Of a DNA stretch of 46,048 nucleotides, positions 20,268 to 32,155 are shown piece by piece. Both the position numbers and the translations under genes were made by a program. The stretch lies in assembly GCA_947071955.1 (NCBI GenBank), contig CAMTGL010000001.1:1-46048 (forward strand), given 5' to 3'. The stretch comes from an uncultured Plesiomonas sp. GTDB taxonomy: Bacteria > Pseudomonadota > Gammaproteobacteria > Enterobacterales > CAMTGL01. Under the pieces are notes generated by a model. The model searched no databases, had not been told where the DNA came from, and saw only the letters and a program-made list of their open reading frames with translations. Position 1 is the first letter of the stretch, and each line of letters starts with the position of its first letter.

Positions 20268-21314
20268 TTACTTGCGCAGCGGCAGATATACCGAGAATTC
20301 GGTATGTCCGGGCCAGCTGCTGCACTCTATTTTACCCTGATGCTGATCGATCAAATTGCGCGCAATAGACAACCCTAATCCAGTCCCACCCTCACGCCCG
20401 CTGACCATCGGATAAAAGAGGGTATCTTGCAGATGTGCCGGGATACCTGATCCGGTGTCAATAATATCGAGCCGCACCACCAACCGGTAGCGTTCACCGT
20501 GCAGCATCTGCTGAAACGCGGTGCGGGTACGCAAAGTAATGCTGCCCGCTTGTTCGCCGAGCGCCTGCAGTGCGTTACGTACAATATTTAAGATAGCCTG
20601 TTCGAGCTGCTCGGCATCATGTTCGAACTCCGGCAGACTAGGGTCATAATCACGGATCAGGCGAATTTGTGCCGGTTTTTCCAGTTCAACCAACTGTCGT
20701 ACTCGTTCAAGTACAACATGCAGGTTCTGTTCCATTCGCACGCCCGGCCGTTGTGGGCCGAGCAGCCGATCAACCAAATTTCGTAACCGATCAGCCTGTG
20801 CAATGATTATCTGGGTATATTCAGTGAGTTCAGGGTTGGGCAGCGCTTTTTCCAGCAGTTGTGCAGCTCCACGCAATCCGCCCAGCGGGTTTTTGATCTC
20901 GTGCGCCAGCCCGCGTACCAAATCGCGCGCGGCAATTTGCTGTGCCTGATGCAACTGCTCTTGGCTAATTTTTCGGTGAGTATCGAGCGGTTGCAGTTCA
21001 ACTAAAATTGCCGAACTTTCTGGTGTGATCAGCGGTTGGGCAGTCAGAGCCAGCGTGTGGGCACGCCCGTCAATCACCAGCATCACTTCGTTGTCGGTAA
21101 AACTTTGCTGGCTGTCGAGCGTGTGCTGCATCAACGTCAAATCCAGTGAAATATGGCTAAACAGTGAGGCCAGTGGCAAACCGTTGAGCTTACGGGTGCT
21201 GTGGGCCAGCAGTTGCTCGGCGGCTGGATTGGCAAACTGAATGGTTAAATCATCATCAAGCAGCAGGACACTGGTTTTCAGGTTATTCAGCAGCAGGTGG
21301 GAATAGTGCAGCAT
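20268..21314 (-). CDS. glnL: Nitrogen regulation sensor kinase NR(II), NtrB
   Basis: PAS domain, [23 protein letters not shown]. Confidence 0.97.
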   Translation of the reverse strand: MLHYSHLLLNNLKTSVLLLDDDLTIQFANPAAEQLLAHSTRKLNGLPLASLFSHISLDLTLMQHTLDSQQSFTDNEVMLVIDGRAHTLALTAQPLITPESSAILVELQPLDTHRKISQEQLHQAQQIAARDLVRGLAHEIKNPLGGLRGAAQLLEKALPNPELTEYTQIIIAQADRLRNLVDRLLGPQRPGVRMEQNLHVVLERVRQLVELEKPAQIRLIRDYDPSLPEFEHDAEQLEQAILNIVRNALQALGEQAGSITLRTRTAFQQMLHGERYRLVVRLDIIDTGSGIPAHLQDTLFYPMVSGREGGTGLGLSIARNLIDQHQGKIECSSWPGHTEFSVYLPLRK

Positions 21315-21391
21315 ACCTTGCCTTATCGTGATGCGTCCGACCGTAAATAGTGCCAGTGTACACGCACCTTCTTGCTGGCGGATACCCCTTT

Positions 21392-21408
21392 TGCACCAAA
21401 AAGGTGCG
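21392..21408. promoter_or_regulatory. NtrC binding site upstream of glnL
   Basis: TGCACCAAAAAGGTGCG against consensus TGCACC-N5-GGTGCA. Confidence 0.8.
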
Positions 21409-21467
21409 TACGGTTATCGGGTGTGATGAACCCACCTGCGGGGGGAAACCTGCACTTGTACAGGTGA

Positions 21468-22064
21468 TTATTTCGGTGCAATCGGCGGATTCAGCGCTTC
21501 ACGATTGAGTACGCTGGCTCGGTGTAGATAGACTGTCACCGCCGGTGCAGTGGCCACGACTTGGCCTTTATCAAGCAGTTGCGCGCTGACCTGATGTGAT
21601 CCACGGTCAATATTTTTTAGCTGTTGCTGGATACTGCGGGTTCGCGAGCCGCTCGGGTTGCCATCAAGCAGCAGCTGTACCGTTTGGCTTTCGGTTAATT
21701 TCGGCACGACCATCACAGTGACATCAATATCACCGCTGTTATTGCGCACAGTTTGCTCGTCAATAGGCGATAAAATGGCAATCTGGGTGGTTAAGTTGCT
21801 GACGGCCTGCGGGCGGGTACGCGGCACACTGGCTGCGCTGCTGCTGGCAACCGAGGCTCGGTTGGGCAGTTTATCGCTCGGCAGTTTGCCGGAGTCATAC
21901 TTTATCGGTGCACTTGGCGAGATCTCTTTACAGGTCGCCCCTTTGGTTTTGGTGGTGCTAAAGTGCGTAGTGCCACGAGCGTCTGTCCATGAACAGATTA
22001 ATCGGGCTTCACTGGCCAGCACCGGTGCGCTTAACAGCAGCAATGTCAGACAAAACAGGCGCAT
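21468..22064 (-). CDS. Exported DUF4124-like protein with Ig-like C-terminal domain
   Basis: Signal peptide MRLFCLTLLLLSAPVLA; WTDARGTTHFS motif; SP.DEQTVRNNSG...LLLDG...NIDRGSH; located between glnA and glnL. Confidence 0.75.
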   Translation of the reverse strand: MRLFCLTLLLLSAPVLASEARLICSWTDARGTTHFSTTKTKGATCKEISPSAPIKYDSGKLPSDKLPNRASVASSSAASVPRTRPQAVSNLTTQIAILSPIDEQTVRNNSGDIDVTVMVVPKLTESQTVQLLLDGNPSGSRTRSIQQQLKNIDRGSHQVSAQLLDKGQVVATAPAVTVYLHRASVLNREALNPPIAPK

Positions 22065-22255
22065 GACAAGTTCTCCGCAAATCAAAAAAGGGTGTTTTAG
22101 ATTACTGCACTCAGGGATGATGCTAAGTCCCCGAAGTTATTGTCATCTAAGTTATTAAACCACCCAAGCCATATCAGTGACCTGAGCTCTTTTAGTGACT
22201 AAGCTAAATGCTAAGCCACATAGTGTCATCACTACCCACCAGTCACCGCAAGCGT

Positions 22256-22389
22256 AAAAAAGCCCGCTTGTGAGGCGGGCTGAAAGTTTCCACGGCAACA
22301 AAATGAGTTGTTACACGCATGAGCGGTGAAGTTTCCGCCAGTGTTTTGTTTTTCGATAGGCTAAACGTAAGTTTAGCGGCAAGAAAAAC
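22256..22389 (-). ncRNA. glnZ: GlnZ-like sRNA from the glnA 3'UTR, with terminator
   Basis: Minus strand GTTGCCGTGGAAACT (22285-22299), the conserved enterobacterial glnA 3'UTR motif, directly followed by AGCCCGC-CTCACAA-GCGGGCT and a U-run. Confidence 0.75.
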
Positions 22390-23799
22390 TTAAACGCTGT
22401 AGTACATTTCAAACTCAACTGGGTGCGGCATCATGCGCACACGGTCGATATCCGCGCGTTTCAACTCAATATAAGAATCGATAAATTCGTCGGTAAATAC
22501 GCCACCACGGGTTAAGAACTCGCGGTTTTCGTTCAGAGCCTGCATTGCCTCTTCCAGTGAACCGGCAACCGTTGGGATCTCAGCGGCTTCTTCTGGTGGC
22601 AGATCGTACAGGTTTTTATCCATGGCATCGCCAGGATGAATTTTGTTGATGATGCCATCAAGACCGGCCATCAGCTGGGCAGCAAATGCCAAGTATGGGT
22701 TAGCTGCTGGATCTGGGAAGCGCACTTCAATACGACGCGCTTTCGGGCTGGCAACTACCGGAATACGGATAGAGGCCGAGCGGTTACGGGCAGAGTAAGC
22801 CAGCATGACCGGTGCTTCATAACCTGGCACCAAACGCTTGTAGGAGTTGGTGGTTGGGTTAGCAAAGGCGTTGATAGCTTTCGCGTGCTTGATGATACCG
22901 CCGATGTAGTACAGCGCCATTTCAGACAGGCCAGCATACTTATCACCTGAGAACAGGTTTACGCCATTTTTTGCCAGAGACTGGTGGCAGTGCATGCCTG
23001 AACCGTTATCACCGAACAGCGGTTTTGGCATGAAAGTTGCGGTTTTATTGTAAGCATGCGCAACGTTGTGAACCACATACTTATAAATTTGGGTTTCATC
23101 GGCTTTAATGGTCATGGTGTTGAAGCGAGTTGCCACTTCATTTTGGCCTGCAGTGGCCACTTCGTGGTGGTGTGCTTCAACCACTAAACCCATCTCTTCC
23201 ATCACCAAACACATGGCAGAGCGCAGGTTTTGTGATGAATCAACCGGTGCTACCGGGAAGTAACCGCCTTTGACTCCTGGACGATGGCCTTTGTTGCCGC
23301 CTTCGTACTCAGTACCGGTATTCCATGCCGCTTCGATATCATCAAGCTTAAAGAAAGAGCCGGAAATACCGGTGCTAAAGCGCACATCATCAAACACAAA
23401 GAATTCAGGCTCTGGCCCGAACAGAACCGTGTCAGCAATGCCGGTAGAGCGCAGAAAATCCTCTGCACGCTTAGAGATAGAGCGCGGATCGCGGTCATAG
23501 CCTTGCATTGTACCCGGTTCGAGGATGTCGCAGCGGACAATCAGTGTGCTGTCATCAGTGAACGGATCCATAACTGCGGTAGTCGGATCGGGCATCAGAA
23601 CCATGTCTGATTCGTTAATGCCTTTCCAGCCTTCGATAGAAGAGCCATCAAACATTTTGCCTTCTTCAAAGAAGTCAGCATTCACTTGATGTGCTGGAAT
23701 TGATACGTGCTGTTCCTTGCCCTTGGTGTCAGTAAAGCGCAGGTCAACGAATTTCACTTCGTGTTCTTGCAGCAGTGCTAATACGTGTTCAGCTGACAT
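22390..23799 (-). CDS. glnA: Glutamine synthetase type I
   Basis: [36 protein letters not shown] adenylylation site; GGAGG RBS before ATG 23799. Confidence 0.99.
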   Translation of the reverse strand: MSAEHVLALLQEHEVKFVDLRFTDTKGKEQHVSIPAHQVNADFFEEGKMFDGSSIEGWKGINESDMVLMPDPTTAVMDPFTDDSTLIVRCDILEPGTMQGYDRDPRSISKRAEDFLRSTGIADTVLFGPEPEFFVFDDVRFSTGISGSFFKLDDIEAAWNTGTEYEGGNKGHRPGVKGGYFPVAPVDSSQNLRSAMCLVMEEMGLVVEAHHHEVATAGQNEVATRFNTMTIKADETQIYKYVVHNVAHAYNKTATFMPKPLFGDNGSGMHCHQSLAKNGVNLFSGDKYAGLSEMALYYIGGIIKHAKAINAFANPTTNSYKRLVPGYEAPVMLAYSARNRSASIRIPVVASPKARRIEVRFPDPAANPYLAFAAQLMAGLDGIINKIHPGDAMDKNLYDLPPEEAAEIPTVAGSLEEAMQALNENREFLTRGGVFTDEFIDSYIELKRADIDRVRMMPHPVEFEMYYSV

Positions 23800-23953
23800 G
23801 GTGTAACCTCCGATGTTGTCGCAATCATGGTGTTGTCGTGGATTTTTAGTGCTCGCATTCAAATTCGTATTGGTTGCGTAGCGCTAATGTATACCTGATT
23901 TGTTGCTCTTTATATCTGAAACCTAGGCCGCTTCGTGCCTTCGATATCTACTA

Positions 23954-23970
23954 AGCGAGAAGCATGCCAA
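23954..23970 (-). promoter_or_regulatory. sigma54 promoter glnAp2
   Basis: Minus strand TTGGCATGCTTCTCGCT, GG-N10-GC spacing. Confidence 0.88.
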
Positions 23971-24044
23971 CTTTTATGGTTCGTGATATTCCCTGTGAAA
24001 TAGCAGCATGCCATGGCAAACTGTGGTGTTCAACCCTGCATTAA

Positions 24045-24082
24045 TGCACTAATATGGTGAATGATTGCACTATTTTGGTGCA
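24045..24082. promoter_or_regulatory. Tandem NtrC enhancer sites for glnAp2
   Basis: TGCACTAATATGGTGAA (24045-24061) and TGCACTATTTTGGTGCA (24066-24082). Confidence 0.85.
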
Positions 24083-24244
24083 AGAAAGGAATTAATATCC
24101 TTCTATATTAAGTTGGTTGTATAATTCATCAGCAAAATAAGCAGAGAATTCGTCCAGCATGCCGCAAAGATCATATTGAGATCGATATGTGGCAGCAAAA
24201 TTACGATTCTTCTGTAATAATGTTCACACTTTAATTGTGTACCT

Positions 24245-24260
24245 TGTGAAGTGGCTCACG
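24245..24260. promoter_or_regulatory. CRP site in the glnA-typA intergenic region (glnAp1-like)
   Basis: TGTGA-AGTGGC-TCACG, 9/10 match. Confidence 0.6.
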
Positions 24261-24368
24261 CCCGCAGGCAGGTAAACTTGCCAGCAATGTTTTGCTGTGA
24301 TCGGTTTAGTCTTTTGCTCAACCTGTGTACAATAGCCGCTAATTTGTTAACCCCCAGAGACCACATCT

Positions 24369-26180
24369 GTGATTGAGAATCTGCGTAATATCGCCATCAT
24401 TGCCCACGTTGACCACGGTAAAACCACCCTGGTTGATAAGCTGCTGCAACAATCCGGCACCCTCGGAGAGCGTAATGACGCGACCGAACGTGTAATGGAC
24501 TCCAACGATCTGGAAAAAGAGCGTGGAATTACCATTCTGGCTAAAAACACCGCCATCGAGTGGAACGGATACCGCATTAACATCGTTGACACCCCGGGTC
24601 ACGCCGACTTCGGTGGTGAAGTAGAGCGTGTGATGTCGATGGTAGATTCCGTACTGTTGCTGGTAGATGCAATGGACGGCCCGATGCCACAAACTCGTTT
24701 CGTAACCCAAAAAGCGTTTGCTTATGGTTTGCGTCCGATCGTGGTTATCAACAAGGTTGACCGTCCGGGCGCACGCCCTGATTGGGTTGTTGATCAGGTA
24801 TTTGACCTGTTTGTTAACCTGGGTGCGACCGATGAACAACTGGACTTCCCAATTGTTTATGCTTCAGCACTGAACGGTATCGCCGGTCTGGAAACTGACG
24901 AAATGGCTGACAACATGACGCCATTGTTCGAAACCATCGTTAAGCACGTGCAGCCGCCACAAGTTGAGATGGAAGCACCTTTCCAGATGCAAATCTCTCA
25001 GCTCGATTACAACAACTATGTTGGTGTTATCGGTATCGGTCGTATCAAGCGTGGTTCTGTGAAGCCGAACCAGCAGATCGTTATCGTTGATAGCGAAGGC
25101 AATCGTCGTAACGGTAAAGTCGGTAAAGTTCTGGGCCACATGGGTCTGCAACGTATCGAAGCTGAAGTGTGTGAAGCGGGCGATATCATCGCTATCACCG
25201 GTTTAGGCGAGCTGAATATCTCTGATACTCTGTGTGACCCTACTGCCGTTGAAGCACTGCCAGCACTGACTGTTGATGAACCAACCGTTACCATGTTCTT
25301 CTGTGTAAACACCTCGCCATTCTGTGGCCGCGAAGGTAAGTTTGTGACTTCACGTCAGATCCTTGACCGTCTGCGTAAAGAGCTGGTACACAACGTTGCA
25401 CTGCGTGTTGAAGAGACTGAAGATCCAGATGCATTCCGTGTATCAGGCCGTGGTGAATTGCACCTGTCTGTTCTGATTGAAAACATGCGTCGTGAAGGTT
25501 ACGAGCTGGCGGTATCCCGTCCGAAAGTAATTTTCCGTGATATCGATGGCCGTAAACAAGAGCCATTCGAGCAAGTGACTCTGGACATCGAAGAGCAGAA
25601 CCAAGGTTCTGTGATGGAAGCGATGGGTCTGCGTAAGGGTGAAATGCGCGACATGATCCCTGATGGCAAGGGCCGTATCCGTTTGGATTACATCATCCCT
25701 AGCCGTGGCCTGATCGGTTTCCGTACCGACTTCATGACCATGACTTCTGGTACTGGCCTGCTGTACTCCAGCTTCAGCCACTATGATGACGTGCGTCCGG
25801 GCGAAATCGGTCAGCGTATCAACGGTGTTCTGATCTCTAACGGTACCGGTAAAGCACTGGCTTACGCACTGTACAGCCTGCAAGATCGTGGTCGCCTGTT
25901 CTTGGGTCACGGTACTGAAGTTTACGAAGGTCAAATCATCGGTATTCACAGCCGTTCTAATGACCTGACTGTAAACTGTCTGCAAGGTAAGAAGCTGACT
26001 AACATGCGTGCTTCTGGTACAGACGAAGCAACAACGCTGGTTAGCCCTATCAAGATGACGCTGGAGCAAGCTCTGGAATTCATCGATGATGACGAACTAG
26101 TAGAAGTAACGCCACAAAGCGTTCGTATTCGTAAGAAACACCTGACCGAAAACGACCGTAAGCGTGCACACCGTAAGTAA
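24369..26180 (+). CDS. typA: Translational GTPase TypA/BipA
   Basis: [40 protein letters not shown]; GTG start. Confidence 0.99.
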   Translation: MIENLRNIAIIAHVDHGKTTLVDKLLQQSGTLGERNDATERVMDSNDLEKERGITILAKNTAIEWNGYRINIVDTPGHADFGGEVERVMSMVDSVLLLVDAMDGPMPQTRFVTQKAFAYGLRPIVVINKVDRPGARPDWVVDQVFDLFVNLGATDEQLDFPIVYASALNGIAGLETDEMADNMTPLFETIVKHVQPPQVEMEAPFQMQISQLDYNNYVGVIGIGRIKRGSVKPNQQIVIVDSEGNRRNGKVGKVLGHMGLQRIEAEVCEAGDIIAITGLGELNISDTLCDPTAVEALPALTVDEPTVTMFFCVNTSPFCGREGKFVTSRQILDRLRKELVHNVALRVEETEDPDAFRVSGRGELHLSVLIENMRREGYELAVSRPKVIFRDIDGRKQEPFEQVTLDIEEQNQGSVMEAMGLRKGEMRDMIPDGKGRIRLDYIIPSRGLIGFRTDFMTMTSGTGLLYSSFSHYDDVRPGEIGQRINGVLISNGTGKALAYALYSLQDRGRLFLGHGTEVYEGQIIGIHSRSNDLTVNCLQGKKLTNMRASGTDEATTLVSPIKMTLEQALEFIDDDELVEVTPQSVRIRKKHLTENDRKRAHRK

Positions 26181-26246
26181 TCCCTGCGGATTAGTTATTG
26201 CGTGTTCTGCATCCTAAAATGTAGTTATTATGTTTTGGGTGATGAG

Positions 26247-26278
26247 AAAGAGGATGCCTACGGGTGTCCTCTTTTTTT
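26247..26278 (+). terminator. typA terminator
   Basis: AAAGAGGATGCC-TACG-GGTGTCCTCTTT plus T-run. Confidence 0.85.
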
Positions 26279-26378
26279 ATCTAAAGGAAGCACGGTCAAG
26301 CATATGATTGACGGTAGGGCATGATGTGATGACAGCATGCGATAACAAATAAAATTGCAACCGATGAGGAAAAGAGCG

Positions 26379-27263
26379 ATGTATAAAGGGTTACAGCCGA
26401 CCACCTGGTGGCAGAATCGGGGCTTTTTCCGTCTATTATTGCGCCGCAGTGGTGAGAGCCGTTTGACGATCACCGCCGGTTATCTTGCCTATGTGACGCT
26501 GCTTTCACTGGTTCCACTGGTGACGGTGATTTTTTCGGTGTTTACCGCTTTTCCGGTCTTTGTCGGGATCACCGATCAGGTAAAACATTTTGTATTCAGT
26601 AATTTTGTACCGGCGACCGGTGATGTGGTACAAAATTATCTCGATCAGTTTGTGTCGAATTCTAGCAATATGAGTGCAGTGGGCATTATTGCGCTGGTGG
26701 TGACCTCTTTACTGCTGATTTCTGCGGTAGATAAAGCGTTAAATGCTATCTGGCGCAGTAAGCATCGCCGTCCGGTGATGGTGTCATTTGCTGTGTATTG
26801 GATGATTTTGACGTTAGGCCCGCTGTTGGCGGGGGCCAGTTTAGTGACCAGTTCGTATCTGTTATCGCTTAAATTGCTGACAGATACGGGTATTAACGGG
26901 GTGCTGGATAACCTGTTGGTGCTGTTGCCGATGATTTTGTCTGCGCTGTCATTTTGGTTGTTGTACGGTGTGGTACCGACTGAGCGGGTGTCGACGTTGC
27001 ATGCATTAAGTGGTGCGCTGTTTGCGGCATTGCTGTTTGAGGTGAGTAAAAAAATCTTTACATTGTATATTGCCTTTTTCCCGTCGTATCAGTTGATTTA
27101 CGGTGCATTGGCGGTGATCCCTATCTTATTTGTTTGGGTTTATCTGAGCTGGTGTATTGTGTTGTTGGGTGCTGAGGTAACGGCCACGCTGGGTGAATGG
27201 CAAACGCAAAAGCAGATGGCAGGTTCAGACTCAGATCCACAAACAGAGGCGGATAACGTGTAA
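26379..27263 (+). CDS. yihY: YihY/virulence factor BrkB family inner membrane protein
   Basis: [52 protein letters not shown]; ATG 26379 after GAGGA. Confidence 0.92.
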   Translation: MYKGLQPTTWWQNRGFFRLLLRRSGESRLTITAGYLAYVTLLSLVPLVTVIFSVFTAFPVFVGITDQVKHFVFSNFVPATGDVVQNYLDQFVSNSSNMSAVGIIALVVTSLLLISAVDKALNAIWRSKHRRPVMVSFAVYWMILTLGPLLAGASLVTSSYLLSLKLLTDTGINGVLDNLLVLLPMILSALSFWLLYGVVPTERVSTLHALSGALFAALLFEVSKKIFTLYIAFFPSYQLIYGALAVIPILFVWVYLSWCIVLLGAEVTATLGEWQTQKQMAGSDSDPQTEADNV

Positions 27264-27333
27264 CTGAAAGTGTGTTCACCACGGCGTTCTTCACGGTGCC
27301 TCCATGGTATTTTCCATGGTATAGGGAGTTGTT

Positions 27334-28293
27334 ATGTTTCATTTGTATCCACCTATTCATCCGTTTGCAAGCGGCTTCATTCGCCGTGGTGAACACCAAG
27401 TTTATGTTGAGCAGGCCGGTAATCCGCAGGGTATTCCGGTGCTGTTTGTGCACGGCGGCCCCGGTGCGGGGTGCAGTGAACAGAGCCGGCGTTTTTTTGA
27501 TCCCGCCCGTTTTCATATTATTTTATTTGATCAGCGCGGTTGTGGCCGTTCATTGCCGTACGGCAGTTTGCAGGATAATCATCCACAGGCGCTGATTGAT
27601 GATATGGAAGCGATCCGTGAATCGCTCGATGTATCGCAGTGGATGCTGTTTGGCGGGTCATGGGGTAGTACGTTAAGTTTATTGTATGCGATTGCCCACC
27701 CACAGCGTGTCAGTGCGATGGTACTGCGCGGTATTTTCCTTTCCCGCCAACAAGATTTTGATTGGCTCTACAGCCCGCAGGGCGGTGCCAGTCTGGTTTT
27801 TCCTGAGCATTACCAGCAGTTTATTGCGCCACTTGGCGGTGTGACCGATAGTGAGCAGGTGTTGGAGGGTTACTGGCAACGTCTGAGTTCGGATAATGAG
27901 TTAGAGCGCAGTGCCGCAGCAAAAAGCTGGGCGTTGTGGGAAGCGCATTTGATGCAGTTGCTGCCAGATCCGACGGTGTGGGAGCAGATGAGTAATTTGC
28001 AGCATGCGGTCGCGCTGGCGCGGTTGGAGTGCCACTATTTTCGTGCTGCGACACGCTTGCCTGAGAATTTTATTGTGCAGAATGCGGCAGTATTGCAGGC
28101 GATACCGGTGCGTATTGTGCATGGCCGTTACGATATGATCTGCCCCTTTGAGAATGCGTGGCAGTTATGTCAGGTCTTACCGCAGGCGGCGTTGCAGGTG
28201 GTGCCGAATGCTGGCCACAGCAGTATGGAGCCGGGGATCACCGACGGGTTGATTCGGGCTCTGCTTGAGCTAACGGAGGCGTACCCGCTGTAG
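27334..28293 (+). CDS. pip: Proline iminopeptidase (alpha/beta hydrolase, S33)
   Basis: HGGPG, FDQRGCGRS, GGSWG nucleophile, HGRYD, AGHS. Confidence 0.92.
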   Translation: MFHLYPPIHPFASGFIRRGEHQVYVEQAGNPQGIPVLFVHGGPGAGCSEQSRRFFDPARFHIILFDQRGCGRSLPYGSLQDNHPQALIDDMEAIRESLDVSQWMLFGGSWGSTLSLLYAIAHPQRVSAMVLRGIFLSRQQDFDWLYSPQGGASLVFPEHYQQFIAPLGGVTDSEQVLEGYWQRLSSDNELERSAAAKSWALWEAHLMQLLPDPTVWEQMSNLQHAVALARLECHYFRAATRLPENFIVQNAAVLQAIPVRIVHGRYDMICPFENAWQLCQVLPQAALQVVPNAGHSSMEPGITDGLIRALLELTEAYPL

Positions 28294-28332
28294 TTACCGA
28301 TTTGGGTCTTTCAGAAAAAGAGAGTGATTAGG

Positions 28333-28767
28333 ATGATTGGATTGATTCAGCGTGTGCGTGAAGCACGGGTCGAGGTTGACGGGCAAGTGGTCGGGGAGAT
28401 TGGCCACGGGCTGCTGATTTTGCTGGGTGTGGAAAAAGAGGATGATGAGGCGAAAGCGCGTCGTCTGGTTGATCGGGTGTTGGGTTATCGCATTTTTGAT
28501 GATGCCGATGGCAAGATGAATCTGAATGTGCAGCAGGCCGGTGGCAGTGTGTTGGTGGTTTCCCAATTTACGCTGGCAGCCGATACCCAAAAAGGGATGC
28601 GCCCGAGCTTTTCATCAGCGGCTTCGCCACAACAGGCAGAGGCGTTGTACGACTATTTCAGTGCCTGTTGCCGTGAAAAAATCAATACGGCACAGGGGCA
28701 GTTTGCCGCTGATATGCAGGTGAGCTTGCAAAATGATGGCCCAGTGACTTTTTGGTTGCAGGTGTAG
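28333..28767 (+). CDS. dtd: D-aminoacyl-tRNA deacylase
   Basis: LIQRV, VSQFTL, NDGPVTF motifs. Confidence 0.96.
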   Translation: MIGLIQRVREARVEVDGQVVGEIGHGLLILLGVEKEDDEAKARRLVDRVLGYRIFDDADGKMNLNVQQAGGSVLVVSQFTLAADTQKGMRPSFSSAASPQQAEALYDYFSACCREKINTAQGQFAADMQVSLQNDGPVTFWLQV

Positions 28768-28814
28768 CCGGTATCCGGCAGATGGTTTCTCTATTGTAAA
28801 AGAGGGCGACAAGG

Positions 28815-29753
28815 ATGTATCGCTTAAGTACTCCGCTGACTGAAGAGGCGCTGCAGCGCTATTACCATTTTCGCTGGCAGATGCTGCGTGAGCCGTTACG
28901 TCAGCCGGTAGGATCAGAGCGCGATGGCTATGATGCCTGCGCACATCATCAGATGGTGGTGGATGATCAAGATAATCCGGTCGCGATTGGGCGGGTCTAT
29001 ATCAATGCCGATGATGAGGCAGCGATCCGCTTTATGGCCGTTGATGCAAATTTACGCGGGCGCGGGTTGGGTACGCTGGTGGCGATGGCGCTGGAGTCGG
29101 TTGCCCGCCAAGAGGGGGCAAAACGGGTGGTGTGCAGCGCTCGTGAGGAGGCGGTGCCTTTTTTTACTCAGCTGGGCTATCAGAATCAAGGTGAGATCCA
29201 AGCGGGGCTGACCACCCCGGTACGGCACTTTTTGATGATAAAACCGCTGCCGGATATGGATGCCATTTTACACCGGCCGGACTGGTGTCAGCAGTTACAG
29301 CAGGCGTGGTATCAGTCCATTCCGATCAGTGAAAAAATGGGGGTGAAGATTGTGCAGTACACCGGACAGCGTTTTGAAACAACGCTACCGCTGAATGCCA
29401 ATTTGAATCCGCATGATTCGGTGTTTGCTGGCAGTCTGTTTTCACTGGCAACGCTAACCGGTTGGGGGCTAATTTGGCTGCTGCTACGTGAGCGTAATCT
29501 GGGTGGAGAGATTATTCTGGTGGATGCGCATATCCGTTATCCGCAGGCGGTGCGTAACCGTCCGCGGGCGGTGGCGGATCTGAATGATTTAGGTGGCGAT
29601 CTGGATCGTCTGGCACGCGGACGCAAAGCCCGCGTACAGATGAAGGTGCGCCTGTTGACCGATGAGTCGCAAGGCGCGGTGTTTGTCGGGACTTATATGG
29701 TGCTGCCAGCCGGTACACACTCGGGCACTCCGCTGACTGAGCTGCTACTCTGA
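28815..29753 (+). CDS. fabY: GNAT plus hotdog-fold thioesterase protein YiiD/FabY
   Basis: [35 protein letters not shown]; follows dtd as in E. coli. Confidence 0.9.
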   Translation: MYRLSTPLTEEALQRYYHFRWQMLREPLRQPVGSERDGYDACAHHQMVVDDQDNPVAIGRVYINADDEAAIRFMAVDANLRGRGLGTLVAMALESVARQEGAKRVVCSAREEAVPFFTQLGYQNQGEIQAGLTTPVRHFLMIKPLPDMDAILHRPDWCQQLQQAWYQSIPISEKMGVKIVQYTGQRFETTLPLNANLNPHDSVFAGSLFSLATLTGWGLIWLLLRERNLGGEIILVDAHIRYPQAVRNRPRAVADLNDLGGDLDRLARGRKARVQMKVRLLTDESQGAVFVGTYMVLPAGTHSGTPLTELLL

Positions 29754-31792
29754 TAGTACTCATTATCTGCTGTTGTATCAGAGCCATTAACCGCATTTTG
29801 TGCTGATGTTGCGATTGTTTCGATGCGGGTTAGTGGGGTATGCCAGATACGGGTAAGCCGCTGGCAGTTGATACGGTTATCGAGTTGCAGTTGCAGACGG
29901 TTCGGTTCGGCAGTGGGGCTGAGCGGTGGCGGTGCTAATGAATAACTGCCGCTGATCTTCCCTTGCAGTTGATCGCCGCTAAAGGCCGCATTTTGTACCC
30001 ATATCTGCCCCTTTTCTGCTCGTAGGTGCAGTTGCAGATTTTTCAGCAGGGTTTGTTGCCCCTCAAGCGTGGATTGTGCAATCCACTGATCGGGTATCGG
30101 TGAGCGTTGAGCTTGTGACCACAGGCTTGGGGCATTAATCCCGCGCAACAGTGCCTGATCGGTGGTCAGTTGCAGCTCTCCGCTGAGTGATTGCCGCACG
30201 TTATCAGCCGTGAGTAGATTGGCTTGCAGATTGAGGTTCAGGTTGCCGATCCCGCGCAGTGGCAGGGTTTGCCAGCCCCACTGTTGCAGGCTGTCGAGTG
30301 CTATCTGCTGGCCACTCAGTTGCAGGCTGGCAGGCCACTTATCACGTTGCAGCAGTGTGCCACTTCCTTCAAGTAACCCCTTTCCGGTAAATGCACTGAA
30401 ATCACGTAAGGTCACTGCGCCATTATCGGCTTGCAGATCAACGGCGACATTGCGCATATCCACTTTATTGACCGTTGCTGCACGGGCACTGGCGCGTAAG
30501 CTGCCACGCCATAATCCCCAGTGCTGTTGCTGTGCTAGCTGTAGGTTGCTGCCATTGGCGTTAAGCGCGGTGAACTGAAAAGGCCGCAGCGGGTTTATAT
30601 CCACCAATAAGTTGTTGTTTAGCTCTAGCTTTAATACGTTAATTTGGCTGAATACGGCAGGTAGCGGGTGGGTTAGCCACTGTGCCCATGTCGCTGGAAT
30701 ACTGTACTCAATGCCGCTAATGCCAAGTTGATCCCACTGTAGTGTTTGATCGGCTGCACGCCAACTGCCGTAGCCGTTAATCAGGCCGTTTTCAAAGCGG
30801 GTACTAAAGTCATCAATGGTGATGCCGTCGGCGGTAAAACTGAGGCGCAGTGCCGGTTCACGCAGGTGTAGATCGCCCCGCACCCGATCAAGTGCGGTCA
30901 TGCTCAGTTGGCCATCGTGTGATGACCATGTGCCTTGGCCGATTTGCAGGTTGTTGAGGCTAAGATCAAGGTCGTTGACTGACCAGTCATTGCCTTCAAC
31001 CCGCGCGCCGACAATATCGGCCCGTTGCAGGGTAAGAGGGGGCAATATTTGCCAGTAGCGGCTTAGTAGCGCAGGTAGACGGTTATCTTGTAGGCGCAAG
31101 CGGGTCAGGCGCAGCGCATTGATCGTCCATGCCCCTTGTGTGCTGCGCTCGGCGGCCGCGGTAATTTGCCCTTGTAGTGTATCGGCACCAAAATCATCAA
31201 TGCTCAGTTTTCCCTGTTGCCAGCGGCCTTGTAAAAAGAGGTTGTTCAGGGTCAGTTCGCCCAGATCAAATTGGGGGGATGAGAGCTCAAAGCGGGCATT
31301 TTCCCCCAAAAAGCTCTGCTGATCTGGGTTAAACGGGGTGATACCACCGTTAACCGGATGGGCTGTCAGCGGTATATCGGCTACTCGACTGCTGATAGCC
31401 ATGTTGTCGAGCTGAAGTTGTTGAGCGTACAAAAATGAGCCGCTTGCTGGTTTTAACAGCGCGGGCAGCCGCAGTTCACCCTCTTGTAGCAGGATTTTTT
31501 GCCAGTGTAGCGGGTGCAGCAAAGTGCGTAAATTTAGGGTCAGCGTGACCTGCCTAGCATCGAGCAGTGGTGTGCCTTGCTGGGCTAAACGTACCTCTGT
31601 CAGGCGAATTTGGCGCGGTGACAGCGGGCTGTGCTGAATGCCGGTCAGTGAGAGTTGGTACGGTGTGTACGCTGAAATCCAGCGGCTGACCCGTTCGGCA
31701 CCCAGCGGCGTTTGCAGCAGTGCATATGCCAGTATGATGACCAGCAGAAACAGGATCAACAGTGTGGCCAGAAATTTTGTCAGTATCTTCAT
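29693..31792 (-). CDS. yicH: AsmA family protein (YicH-like)
   Basis: N-terminal anchor followed by LLQT.LGAE.VS.W; DINP..PFQFTAL, WGLW.GSL...[19 protein letters not shown]; next to xanP as in E. coli. Confidence 0.8.
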   Translation of the reverse strand: MKILTKFLATLLILFLLVIILAYALLQTPLGAERVSRWISAYTPYQLSLTGIQHSPLSPRQIRLTEVRLAQQGTPLLDARQVTLTLNLRTLLHPLHWQKILLQEGELRLPALLKPASGSFLYAQQLQLDNMAISSRVADIPLTAHPVNGGITPFNPDQQSFLGENARFELSSPQFDLGELTLNNLFLQGRWQQGKLSIDDFGADTLQGQITAAAERSTQGAWTINALRLTRLRLQDNRLPALLSRYWQILPPLTLQRADIVGARVEGNDWSVNDLDLSLNNLQIGQGTWSSHDGQLSMTALDRVRGDLHLREPALRLSFTADGITIDDFSTRFENGLINGYGSWRAADQTLQWDQLGISGIEYSIPATWAQWLTHPLPAVFSQINVLKLELNNNLLVDINPLRPFQFTALNANGSNLQLAQQQHWGLWRGSLRASARAATVNKVDMRNVAVDLQADNGAVTLRDFSAFTGKGLLEGSGTLLQRDKWPASLQLSGQQIALDSLQQWGWQTLPLRGIGNLNLNLQANLLTADNVRQSLSGELQLTTDQALLRGINAPSLWSQAQRSPIPDQWIAQSTLEGQQTLLKNLQLHLRAEKGQIWVQNAAFSGDQLQGKISGSYSLAPPPLSPTAEPNRLQLQLDNRINCQRLTRIWHTPLTRIETIATSAQNAVNGSDTTADNEYYQSSSSVSGVPECVPAGSTI

Positions 31793-31915
31793 AATGGGTA
31801 ATTGATGATAAGCCAAGGGTTATGCACCTGCTGATAACAGGGGCGCTTTCTGTCTACTCTTCCGTGTTTGCTTTTTATTGCTGTTCTGTTGTTGGCTGTG
31901 GTGAGCCATTACTCG

Positions 31916-32155
31916 TTACTGAGTGCTCAGCTCCGCCGGATGCCGGTTGAGTGGCGACATGCCTGCCTGTGCGTAGGCACGTGCCAGACGTATATTGAGC
32001 TGCGGTGATGCGCCTGATTGCTGGTGTACGTGCTCAAGGCAGCGGATCGCTAGGTGTAGCAAGTCTTGCTTGAGCAGCAGATCAGACAAAAACAGGAGCT
32101 CTTCCGGTGCGCGCTCTTTGAGTATCTGGTTGAGTAGGGTGAAATTATCGGACAT
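31916..32155 (-). CDS. Small hypothetical protein (79 aa), TPR-like helical hairpin
   Basis: Strong GGAGG RBS before ATG 32155; LSDLLLKQDLLHLAIRCLEHVHQQSGASPQLNIRLARAYAQAG fits TPR spacing. Confidence 0.65.
   Translation of the reverse strand: MSDNFTLLNQILKERAPEELLFLSDLLLKQDLLHLAIRCLEHVHQQSGASPQLNIRLARAYAQAGMSPLNRHPAELSTQ

Noticed and set aside
11222-26069. Long antisense ORFs inside polA (11222-11791), the DUF4124 gene (21658-22158) and typA (24339-24839, 25443-26069)
   Set aside because: These are shadow ORFs opposite well-conserved genes, explained by codon bias, with no motifs.
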